From assembly GCF_001194135.2 (NCBI RefSeq), contig NC_068990.1, positions 62,839,879 through 62,903,878 on the forward strand: DNA of 64,000 nucleotides. The letters are read 5' to 3'. Position 1 is the stretch's first letter; every line of letters starts with the position of its first letter. Below are positions 13,893 through 25,485 of this stretch, piece by piece. The notes beneath the pieces are model-generated. The model did not search any database. It was not told the DNA's origin and saw only the letters and a list, made by a program, of their open reading frames with translations. The translations under genes and the position numbers were made by a program. The DNA is from Octopus bimaculoides. Its lineage: Eukaryota.

Positions 13893-14315
13893 ATATCGGA
13901 GTCGTTGCCAAAATTTGAAGCCAATTTTATACCTTCGAGGTATTATCGATTTCGCATATTTTTCCCTTTCTGTAAATGGATCACCGTACTGTAATCTGTT
14001 GTTTACTTTCTTTCAAATGTATTCCTAGGATTTTCCCCTTGAATTTGATGGACGTTAGCAGAAATATTTATTAGATGCAAATTGCTTTATGCCTGTTTCG
14101 TTATTAAACACCACTGAGGTCCAATCATTATGATCCCTGTAAAATTTCGGACGGTTCTGGATACTTATCTATTTATGCAAGTAATGTCGTACTGTGTCAG
14201 CAATACATTACTTTTACTGGCTAATTGTGTTTGTATGGAATTAATATACTAATTTTATAGGCAATTTTGCTTGTATGGAGGTTCTAGATGTAAATACGTA
14301 TGCAATTAACGCATA

Positions 14316-15497
14316 TGAGGATAAGTTGGAAATTTCATAGGCTGACTAAGATATTCTCAAAAAATGCGACCAAAGTTCACACACTTCTTCCATTGGTGTT
14401 GCAGTGCTTGGATACCATTGATGAAAAGTAGCTTTCAGCCTTTTGATAAAAAATGTCATCAACAGCAGATATGACGTCATCATCACTGCGATACTGGTTC
14501 CTAGCCAGGTGTCTTTTCATGTTGAGGAACAGATAATAGTCATATGGAGTTAAATCAGAAGACTAGAGAGGCTGGTCAACAGCCACTGTCCTAATCAAAC
14601 AAGACGCATTTGTTCAGTTTTCCTGGATGTTTGGTGTTGATAGCCTTTCATACTACCTCAGTAAGTTGGCCTATTACTCTCTATTGACGGTGTGGCCCTT
14701 TTCAAGATAGTCAATAAACACAGTGCCTTTTGCATCCCAAAAATCTGAGATCTTCATCTTCCCCGCAGATGAAATGACCTTGGCTTTCTTTAGAGTAAGT
14801 GAGGAGAGGCATTTCCACTGTATGAATTGCCTCTTTGTCTGGCTCAAAGTGATGAACCCAACACTCATCCTGAGTTACGAAACGTTCAAGCAAACCAGCT
14901 GGATCTGCCTGAAACAATGTCAGATATTCCCCTCATGTGATTATCTTGGCGCGCTTTTAATCAGGTGTCAGAACACTTGAAACCCACCGAGCAGAAAACT
15001 TCGTCATGCAAAGTTTATTGTCCAAAATATCCTCAACTTTCTCACAGGATATGCTAATGGCATTGGCTATTTCATTTATGGTCAATTGCCTGTCATCTAC
15101 CACCATGTGATGAGCTCAACCAATGTTTTCTTCGATGGTAGCAATTATAGGAACTGTACACCTTGGGACATCTTCAAGACTCTCCCTTTCCTTCCTAAAT
15201 GCAGCTGCTCACTTTTGCACTGCTGATAAAGCTGGAGCGTCATCCCCTAATGTATCAACCATAACAACATGAATGTCCTTGTGGCTAAGCCCTTTCTCTG
15301 CAGGTACCTGATAACACCATGATGCTAAATTTAGTCCATTTCAAAGAAAAGTCGCTACTATTGTCTTTTGCAGTCTTCTTTCAATAGTCATGTGACAGCC
15401 AGTTTATACGGATCAAACAATGAAGTTATTAATAAGCAGAGTTGAAATTCGTCGTCACTCCTTCATAGTCAGCGTATAAACTTTCAGCCCAGCTTCG
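14316..15497 (-). mobile_element. Mariner (irritans/Hsmar2-like) transposon, degenerate, both TIRs present
   Basis: FVTQDECWVHHFEP, KRQFIQWK..KKAKVISSAGK..FWDAKG..IDYLEKG. Imperfect TIRs (tgaggataagttggaaatttcataggctgacta / tagtcagcgtataaactttcagcccagcttcg) are flanked by TA. Confidence 0.88.
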
Positions 15498-16071
15498 TAG
15501 TCTGTAAAGTTGTGACACGCTCTCTGCTAATCACCGACATTTTTTATCCCCTCGTCAGATGAAATCGAGGCAAAGATTCTTGGACAAAACCTAAGAATAC
15601 ATTTAGCTGAGTTGATATTTCTTCAATATGAGCGCATTAACAGGTAAAGCAGAAGTTTGCATCCTTTTCTTGAGGTGATATAAAATACTGATGTGACTTG
15701 CAGTAAATCAAATATTTATTTCTAGACAAAATGTATGTAATAATAATTACTCTTTCTTATATCATCGAGCGTAATGTAAATTAATTAACATGGTTAATTG
15801 CAAATATCAAATCGATAATTAGTTTTTATATTTATATCAAAACATAATTAGAAAAATACTAAATTTCATTTTGTACTCACCTTTGACCAGGAATCTCTCT
15901 CATTCCTGATGTATGTATCTGTGTGTGTGTGTGTGTGTGTGTGTGTTTGTGTGTATACATACATACGTATAACTGTCTTCCTGCATGAATGTATTCACAC
16001 ACATACACACACACACACACACATACAAACATACATACATTCATTTTAGTATAAGTGCTAGTTCGGGGAAG

Positions 16072-16212
16072 AGGGTAAGTCAGTAACATTGACCCCAATA
16101 CTCGACTGGTACTTATTCTATCGACCTCGAGGATGAAAGGCAAAGACGACCTCGGTGGAATTTGAACTCAGAACGAAAAGACGGACGAAATGACGCTAAG
16201 TATTTTGCCTGT
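16072..16212 (-). mobile_element. SINE family A
   Basis: Reverse complement of the family A core. Confidence 0.88.
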
Positions 16213-16230
16213 GCAATTTAATGGTAAGCT

Positions 16231-16376
16231 ACCACACCGGGCGAAATGCTTAGCGGTATTTAGCACGTCGCTACATTCTGAATTCAAATTCCGCCAAAGT
16301 TAACTTTGCTTTTCATACTTTCGGGGATCGATAAAATAAGCATCAGTTGAACACTAGGGCCGATCATACAATCGAC
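16231..16376 (+). mobile_element. SINE family A, 3' tail missing; abuts the ORF1-only element
   Basis: ccgggcgaaatgcttagcggtattt..gaattcaaattccgcc..gatcgataaaataag..aatcgact. Confidence 0.85.
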
Positions 16377-17340
16377 TACGTTTTCCGAGAGTGCCACCAG
16401 AAATTAAACCGGAGTGATTGGTTGCAACAGTGCTGGCTGCAACCAAGAAGGATCCGGAATTGGGACCAGTGGCAGAAACAAAAGTGCGCAACTGGTGGGG
16501 ATTTGGACTCGAAATGTGGCTTTTTGCCACATTCGAGGACATAGAAAGAATTCCCTCTCAGATAGAAGTGGAGGACGAGAGAACGTTAAATGTCGTAGTC
16601 GAGGGAAGGAAACCAAAATGTTACATTTGCGAGGAGAGAGGTCATATGAAGGCCAAATGCCCTCTATATGAGTTCACACAGCCACAGCAAGAGAAAGCGC
16701 AAGCAGAGGAGGAAAACATTGTAGACCACACTGAGGAAATGAAAGAAAGACAGAAGTGTGAAACAGAGGAAACAAAGGAGAAGAACGAAAATTGAGCTGC
16801 TAACCCTAAAAAGCGAAAGAAAAATAAGTCAAAGGAACAGTCAACAGAAAACAAAAAAGATATAGGAAAGCCAGAAACTAATAATGTACAAGAAGAGGAG
16901 GAGAGAACGGATAAAGATGTTGAATACAAGGTGGTTTTGATGAAATACGAGAAGAACGAGCAGATGGAGAGAAAAATCGCGAAGTTGGAGGAAATAATAA
17001 GAGTGAAGATGCCGGAAACATGTGCTGATAAATGCCTTTTGATACATGAGAAAAACTACTGGGAGTACATAAAAGAACTTGGTGAAAATGTAACAACGAA
17101 ACGGGTTTGGTTGGTGGAGAAACCACCCACTAGAACTGATTATTTACAGTTGATAAAGACGGAAGTAACAGTGATTAATGGGAGAAAATAACGTGAATAT
17201 TTCAATTTTTTTAGTTGCAAAACCGTTAAAATGTATACATGGAGTTTAAGAAAAAGTGAAAAACTAGATAAATGTAACCACCCGACTTCGGGGATCGAGT
17301 GGACATTGCGCCTCATTTTTTCATTCTTGCATATTATCAT
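16377..17340 (+). mobile_element. ORF1-only (gag-like) Tx1/L1-type element, copy 1, 5'-truncated
   Basis: RVPPEIKPE*LVA..NWWGFGLE..VVVEGRKPKCYICEERGHMKAKC (CX2CX4HX4C), then a Lys/Glu-rich linker and a C-terminal domain (16931-17191) homologous to copy 2. Confidence 0.82.
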
Positions 17341-17639
17341 TTTATTTGAATTTTTGCTTAGACAAATATCATGGTTTTTACTGTTTTTCTCGCGCTACAA
17401 GATCATCTTGGCTCAGTTTTCAAACCGGACTTCAAATCAATCTTTGCAGTGGATATATGTTTACCTTCGAAAAAACTTTTTTTATGATCAAGATCAATTT
17501 CGTTTTTGCAATTTTCTCTTTTATTTGGATCTGTAAAGTTGTCTTTCATTTCTTCATGGTTAAGTTTTCTATAATGTCTTAATTTTCCCATGGTTAATAT
17601 CTCCAGAATCCATGTGTCACAAACACTGAGCTAACGAGG

Positions 17640-17810
17640 AAATCTCAAAGTGGTCATTCAAATTGCTAGACGTAGCAGCTAGTCCTCCTTCATATCACCA
17701 CCTTCTGCTTTATAAGGGAGACACGTTGAACAATGTTGCGATGGATACGAAAACAAGATGATATGATCATGGCTGGAGTGTCTTCGATCCTATGTTTGCT
17801 CCATTCTGAC
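17640..17810 (+). repeat. Dispersed repeat family E (unclassified, diverged)
   Basis: Weak similarity to 28960-29060, and inverted to 62703-62770 and 63070-63125. Confidence 0.4.
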
Positions 17811-18337
17811 TGATATACCTCAAAACTGCTACAAAAGCGTCTTCCGATAATCAATCGGCACCTAGTTCAAACGTCCCCTGAACCTCCCCTCGTTTTTATG
17901 TACGTCTTTGTTGAACAGCAACTGACATTTACACCAATATGAGATTTCCCAGTATTTAACATTTACTTCTGGATCTATACTGTCAATTTTCCTGGGGAAA
18001 CATATTTATTATAACGTTGCCATTCAGGCTTAATCCTGTATGTGAAGATGATAACACTGATTAGATTGTATTGTTTTGTCAAGCCATAGATACTAACATG
18101 TTTCACCGTTCATTTCGGTGTTGATATTAATTCATTCAATAAACTGTTTAAAGTCTCTTAAGTTACCAAAGTGGCTACGGAATATCAAGCTAAAATGATG
18201 TTATGAAAAAAAAAAAAAATTACATGGTCAATATCCGGAAAGAGCTGAAGAGAGTCGAGAATGTGAAAGAAAAATCGCAGTAGAGAGATGTGCTGGTATC
18301 AAAGCTTAGAATGGGGCATCCTTAGTTGCAGCACATA

Positions 18338-18830
18338 TGCGCAGGCATCGCTGTGTAATAAGACGTTTACTTACCAACTACATAGCAGTACCTTGGGAAA
18401 GTGTCCGACACGGGCCGACCAAAGCCTCGTGAGTGAATTTGTTAGACGGGAACTGAAGGAAGCCCGTCGTGTATGTGTATGTGTGTGTGTGTGTACTGAT
18501 TTTGTCTTGACGAGTTCGATAAGCAAACGAAAGCGCTAACTGAGAATTATCCAAAATTCTGACTGCCACCTTTTTTTAACACACACACACACACACACAC
18601 ACATATGTTAATGAGTGTGTATATGTATGTGTCTGTTTGTTCTACCACCACCGCTTGACAACCGGTTTTGGTGTGTTTACGTCTACGTAGCCGAATAGTT
18701 CGATAAAGAAGACCCATATGATAAGTACCAGGATTTTTTTTTAAATGTACTGGGGTCGATTCATTCGACTAAAAATTTTTCAAGGTACTGGTCCAGCACG
18801 GTCGCAGACAAATGACTGAAACAAGTAAGT
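18338..18830 (+). mobile_element. SINE family B, diverged, with extra internal sequence
   Basis: accttgggaaagtg..gggccgaccaaagcc..gaagcccgtcgt..ggggtcgatt..aaatgactgaaacaagtaa. Confidence 0.8.
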
Positions 18831-19168
18831 GATAAAATATAAAGGATAAAAGATGATGAAAGCCTTCTCATAAACCCTAGAAAAGACCATGAAATGAAAC
18901 ACAATAAATTAAGCAATTATTTAAGTACACAATGCCTACATAATGCGAATAGACCTATATTTATTTATCATGTTCGCTTGCTGCACTGATGAGCAGAACA
19001 CTGAGTACCTTTGGTATGGGCTGTGTTTTGGTCCAGTTTTGTAGTTCTTATTGTCCTAATTGTACTATAGGTAATTATGTACGCAATAGATTTTTTAGTA
19101 GTGCTATATAGAGCACTGGTTTATTGCATATGCATTTGTCATCACGCTTTTTTCAAAACCCCACTCAA

Positions 19169-19380
19169 TGCAGTGGGAGAGGTGACGAGCGGGGTAGCCA
19201 ATCTCATTCAGAAATGAATTGAGAGGAAGCTGTGTCTGAAAGGTTGGGCGGAGGTGGAGAATGCATACATCTCTTCAATCACCTGCTACCGCCTGACCGT
19301 CGTCCCTTGCCCTAGTCCGTGCCTGATAAAGTTGGAGCACTTGCTCTTCTACTTTCTATGGAAGGGACGTGTTTCTCTCA
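19169..19380 (+). mobile_element. Tx1/L1-clade ORF2 fragment (post-RT region)
   Basis: EVTSGVANLIQK*IERKLCLKGWAEVENAYISSITCYRLTVVPCP..KLEHLLFYFLWKGRV matches the L1/Tx1 motif W..R.LS..GR....N....S...Y......P...........F.FLW.G. Confidence 0.75.
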
Positions 19381-22055
19381 CAAAATACATTTGATTTCTG
19401 TTGACTTGGCTTAAAAATCGGAAGTTGAACTGGCTTAACTACATTCATGAATTGTCTAAAGAGGTTTACATCCTGTGTTACTACTGTAGGAGTGACATTT
19501 TGAGCAACTATCAACCTGTCTTTTACACAAATGTATTTCCTAACCCATACGCATCAATCGTACATATGTAAACCATTTAACTTCATTGGTCGAAGTAGCG
19601 TTCTACTGTTTGAAGCAAGCTATCAGGCACTGAGAGAAAATTATCATATATTTTCGAGATGATGATATAAACTCGTCACACAACATTAATTATGTGACAA
19701 CATATAATAATGAGGTAATTCCTTACAAAAAAGAAACTGGTTTTCTTATATTAGATGCAGTCAATAATTTTGTTGTTTAAAGACTTTGCTCTCGTGATCT
19801 TCAAATTTAAAGTTACTTCACATACTGAATACATAAAAAAAGTGGAAATTTATTTGTAACAGTGGGGCATTCAGTGTTTATTCACTCTTTATTGTTGATG
19901 CACACTTTATTGCAATATTTCTTCGGATAAGAATGTATATTGTTTTCTCCGCAACATCACGGAACAGTAGCACGTCAAAAAAGTAAATCTTTACCACTCA
20001 CATATGTGAATCCTGTTTAAATGGAGAATAATTACGAAGTAATGGTCCCAGTTTTTTGAGTGGTAAATTCCACCATCATTAAATAACGTATATTTACAAC
20101 CTGGTTGACCGAGCAACTTGAATGTTGAAAACTTTCTGAAACACTGCGGTGCCTGTGACAAAATACAAACGTAATCAACCGTGTACTTTTAACTATCAAT
20201 TTCTCCCGTTTCCTAATTCTCGTTTATTGCTTATCTACAGTTATCCGACTGATTTATGCATTTACGTATATCTCTATATCTATTGAAAACATGACTAACT
20301 CTCATTTTCGTCTGAGATTACGAGAGTTACTTTACTGCAGAGTTTTCTTCATAGAAATGGGAAAGTAAATTATCTGAATTAATATGAAAATAAAGCAGGT
20401 TTGGTAAGCACAATATATATTCATTACTAAGACATCCGTTGAAGACACACTCATGTGACAGCATGTCAGTTATGGCTGAACCTATTTTATATTTTTCCAC
20501 GATTATCTCTGTAGACTAATAACATATTTATTGCAAAGCATAATGTATTTTTCTTTATGATATTGAAATTTTATTTTATGTCCTTCAAAAGTTGGTATAT
20601 ATTTCAAAATCCTTTTTACATATGTATATATATTTCGTATTTTCTATAAATATATTTTACGAACATTCCATTATATATCTTTAATTTGCTTTAAGAAAAT
20701 AGATATCACATAAATATTAAAATATGATATATCAAATTCCTTGCCATGCATATTTTAGAAGTAGACATTTCAAAACTTAGATATTCTTTCACTGTTAACT
20801 GCTAAAACAGACAGTTAAATATTCTCGAAATAGTGATGCTAAACTTTGTAACTCGTCACATTACAGCTTGTAGTGAAGCAAAATCATTATTTAAATGCAT
20901 GTTACATTGGTTAGCATTTATATACGCTGATTCTCTAAAGTCCGCCATTTCCATTGCAATGTGCAGTTATTATAGGTTATAAAAATAATTTAATTTCCTT
21001 GATCTTGATGTAGTAAAACCCCCTTGGGAAAAACTTGTTTGCTCACAAGAAGTTTCTCGTTACTCAGTTAGAAAAATATTTGCATTTGAAAGATAGCTTT
21101 TCAAAGAAGGGTGTAAAAGATAACATTTTAAAATTTACCATATAAACACGCACACTCATACACAGTTTGATCTGATATATTTCTATTTATTAAACTTAAT
21201 GTATATGTAGTCTTTACTTAGTTTTGCACCTGTTTTAAATCTTTAAGTAACATAGACATTGAACTTGCGTAGATAAAATATATAAATAATGAATGCAAAA
21301 TAAAAATGACAATATTTTATAAGTATGTGTGTGGGTGTATGCGTGTGTATGTGTGTGTGTATGTGTATGTAGTGGAGATAGAGATAAGGAGAAAGAGAAA
21401 GAGAGAGATACAATATGTATACATTCGTACACTAAATGTGTGTATGTGAGTGAGAGAGAGGCGTGTGTGTGTGTGTGTGTGTGTTTACAATATTATGTAA
21501 AATTTAAATGATATAACGACATTCTATATTGTACATGCCTTGCGGCTGTATGAACGTAGTTTTACATTTTGCGTCATCATTACCTGCTATAATACCATAA
21601 TATTTATTTTTTCATGAAATCTGATATATAAAGCAAGTACAGTTAGGTATCATTTCAAAGGACACGAAGCAAAGCGAGATACAAATCGAAGACGCGAAAG
21701 TTTCAGGCTTCTTCTTTTGAGATATTTTTCCACCACTCTTGCAAACTATAGATTCTGCTTCTGTCGGTGTATGGTTCTCGAATTATTACTCAGTGAATCT
21801 ACGTGATTCAAGAAAAAAATAAGAGTTTTTGTAAGATTGTTATGTAGTTTGAAGTGCAGCAGATTAATTGCTGAAAGTCTATGTATGTTCCACCATTCGG
21901 TGGGAAACAAGGAAGCTTTTTTCGCAATAAAGAATATTTTGAATGAGAACATATTGAGTGATTAAGGTGTATATTGTCAAAGCTTTAACAAAATAGAAAA
22001 CAATCTACCTGAAACAGGAACCTAAACCATATTACTGCAGATACATATTTCTTAA

Positions 22056-22261
22056 AAATTTTGGTACAAGGCCAGCAAGTTCGGTTTAAGTCGATTACAT
22101 CGACTCCAGTACTCAAATGGTACTTACTTTATCGACCCTGAATGGATGAAAGGCAAAGTCGACCTCAGTGGGATTTGAACTCGGAACGTAAAGATGGACG
22201 AAATGCCTGCCACTAAGCATTTTTCCCTGCATGCAAACGTTTCTGGCAGCTCGCCGCCTTA
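22056..22261 (-). mobile_element. SINE family A, full length
   Basis: Head ..ggcagctcgccgcctta and tail ggtacaaggccagc on the + strand. Confidence 0.9.
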
Positions 22262-22561
22262 CTGCAAATATAAATTTTCATATTGTCCACCATATATAAT
22301 ATCAGGATAATGCAAACTGTTCTATGTCACATAAGTGATGCCACACCAGCATTTATTAAACCATGTCACTTTTTGATAATGGTCGATATAAATATTAAAA
22401 AAAGGGTTGAATGTTCAAATAAAATGTAACTAGTGAATTTCAAGATAAACGCTTCTTCTCTAACAGTAATTAAGTATCATGTGAAGCCTACATAAAAGTG
22501 TCGATCGAAGATGTGAGAAATTAATTAATTTCAATCAACATGACTTGCAGCTTCAGCTCAC

Positions 22562-22615
22562 CAAAGGCATCTTCTTTATACTGCTCGATCTCTCTGCTTA
22601 AAGTAACACAATTTG
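22562..22615 (-). CDS. Candidate 54-nt symmetric exon (NCVTLSREIEQYKEDAF)
   Basis: Acceptor ttttctcacgtccttcAG, donor ttg|GTGAGC, single open frame (phase 1-1). Confidence 0.3.
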
Positions 22616-22809
22616 CTGAAGGACGTGAGAAAATATTGAGTTTTCAAGCTACACACACAAACGCACACACACACCAACATGCACACGCATAAGCACACAC
22701 ACATACACACACACATACACTCACATAAAGAAAGGCATAAGTAATAAGCTTTACGTTTTTATTTATTTCTGCATTGTGGACTTAGAGTTGTTTCCAATAT
22801 GCTTTTTAG

Positions 22810-23002
22810 GTGCGTTCAGGGTTTCCCTTATTCAATCAGTGCATACACATTTGTGATGCTAGGGTATCACTTTGAAAGGTTTATTCGAAAAACATCAGCC
22901 ACTGTAATATTTTTAAGTCTAGTAGTTATTGTATCAATAAATTTTGCCACTCCGCTACGTTATGGTGACGTAATTAAACCATCATCGATTACCAAACTGT
23001 GG
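22810..23002 (+). CDS. Candidate exon encoding a hydrophobic, membrane-like segment
   Basis: tttttAG acceptor, tgg|GTAGGA donor, 64 open codons CVQGFPYSISAYTFVMLGY..VIFLSLVVIVSINFATPLRYGD..KLW. No family identified with confidence. Confidence 0.2.
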
Positions 23003-23041
23003 GTAGGAACTAACACAAATACACACACAAAGACTTACAGC

Positions 23042-23084
<43 letters not shown>

Positions 23085-23631
23085 NNNNNNNNNNNNNNNN
23101 NNNNNNNNNNNNNNNNNNNNNNNNNNNNNNNNNNNNNNNNNNNNNNNNNNNNNNNNNNNNNNNNNNNNNNNNNNNNNNNNNNNNNNNNNNNNNNNNNNNN
23201 NNNNNNNNNNNNNNNNNNNNNNNNNNNNNNNNNNNNNNNNNNNNNNNNNNNNNNNNNNNNNNNNNNNNNNNNNNNNNNNNNNNNNNNNNNNNNNNNNNNN
23301 NNNNNNNNNNNNNNNNNNNNNNNNNNNNNNNNNNNNNNNNNNNNNNNNNNNNNNNNNNNNNNNNNNNNNNNNNNNNNNNNNNNNNNNNNNNNNNNNNNNN
23401 NNNNNNNNNNNNNNNNNNNNNNNNNNNNNNNNNNNNNNNNNNNNNNNNNNNNNNNNNNNNNNNNNNNNNNNNNNNNNNNNNNNNNNNNNNNNNNNNNNNN
23501 NNNNNNNNNNNNNNNNNNGTGTGTGTGTATGTATGTATATGTATACACATAAATATTCATAAGCATATATACATGCATACATATATATATACATTTATAC
23601 ACACACACATATATATACATATGATATATGC

Positions 23632-23676
<45 letters not shown>

Positions 23677-25304
23677 CATATACATGTTTGTATGTATGAT
23701 TTCATATATTTATATTTATTCTTACATATTTTTTAAATATTATATGTGTTTGTATGTATGTGCTTATCTCAACACATTCATTTCTGCGTATATATGTTTG
23801 TTTGCGACTAATTATAAAATTAGAGTTATTGAGAGCACAGTAATGTATATTTTGCAGTTACCTGAACCTACTGAGCATTGTATGACCTAATGGCAATGGA
23901 ATATTTGAAGCTCTGTAGAGTCATACGTAACTCAATGGTTTTTAATAGTAATATATGGCTTTGGGATATTTGAAGAACTTGAAAACTTCATATTACCTAA
24001 CACCGCAGAGATTTCTAAATTGTTATAATGGCATAGCGCCGGTAAAAGAGAGCTTTAAACTGTCTACTGAAGCAAGCAACATCTTCATATTAGAATTTGG
24101 CACTATACAATTATAGACTGCATAGGTTATGTTGAAATGTTATTCTGCAGTGTTGAACTTATTTATAATTCAACCCTACATAAAAATTTCTAATTTGTAT
24201 CCAGTGAAGCATTCTAATACCTTGAACCAACCATACGTTCAGCTTATTAAAAAATGTCCGGAAGATGTCGGTTTTATTTCCCAGTCGTTTTCCATGAATA
24301 ACCCATACTCATACGAAGCAAATTACACAAATCAACATAGAATCCCATACTGGTCAGTATGTGAAGGGAACCGCTGAACAGTGGTCTCAAAAGACCAACC
24401 AATGAATGCACCAATTTGGAGTTCTAACTGACTGAAGCAATAATTGGAAATAAAATCAATACGGTTTGTGGAAAAAATATTTGATGAGGATTTAATATTA
24501 TGAAGCTGGGTCGATTCTAGTTTTCGATTTATTTTTTATTTTCTATTTGACTTTCTCTTTAGTTGTTATTTGTCACACGATTGGATTTTCCCACTTTTCT
24601 ATATATAGATTTCAAATGTTTTTATTCACCGAACTTAGGTGTGTTAAATTTATTGAGGCGATGAAGTTCTGAATTCTTGTTGTTCAGTAGAGTTTGTCAG
24701 TTGCACAATCAAATCAGCAATCAAAGACACGATCTATTGCATTGATCTGGCTCACATTGATTTAAGAAAGAAAACACCACCAACAACAACAATAACAAGA
24801 ATCAATAGATGACACAGATTGAGACACGCTCGTTTTCCATAACCACAATCATTTCAATAGGTCTGTGTTGCTTCTTTAGAAATACGCCGTTTCCGACAAA
24901 CAAATCATGAATGAAATGAAGAATTTTCTCTTTAATTCCCATTCTAATGACAGATGAGTGCAGGAATGTTTATAATTGTAGGATTAATACCGACAGTCTG
25001 ATGTCGGGCATATATTAGAAATACCACGCAACCACTGGTTTAACAGAGACGAACGTTCTTTAACGTTCTAATTGGTAGGGTTTATATATTTACGATTGTG
25101 TATGTATGTGTATATGCTGTTTTATGCACGTGTGTGTACAGATAAAAATATTCGTTTTAATCTAATATATAAACGTGTATGCATAAAAAATTACACACAT
25201 AAATGCTTTGCACACACTCATACACTCTTTGTCTTTCTTCTCTGAGTGTGTGAGTATGTTTAAACAGATACTAAACATATTGGCGGTGCATGCATGCACA
25301 TAAA

Positions 25305-25485
25305 TATATAATTGAGTATGTCAATATGTAATATGTAAGTAAATGCTTAAATAATTAAATCTGAATTACAGATTATTTGTTTCTGAAAAAGAAATACTGA
25401 ATTTCAGAAACAAATAGTCTGAAATTCCGATTTAAATATTTAAACATTTACTTACATGTTACATATTGACATACACAATTATATA
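25305..25485. repeat. Long hairpin: ~84-bp inverted arms, ~13-nt loop
   Basis: tatataattgagtatgtcaatatg..atttgtttctgaaa / tttcagaaacaaata..catattgacatacacaattatata. Confidence 0.85.

Noticed and set aside
6325-14480. TGACGTCA (CRE) palindromes at ~6328, 11368 and 14472
   Set aside because: Isolated 8-mers, one inside a mariner remnant; no promoter context.
17403-17591. 62-aa charged ORF on the minus strand
   Set aside because: No homology recognised, and it is unrelated to the adjacent element.
22950-22985. TPLRYGDVIKP as a potassium-channel pore motif
   Set aside because: It lacks the TxGYG signature.
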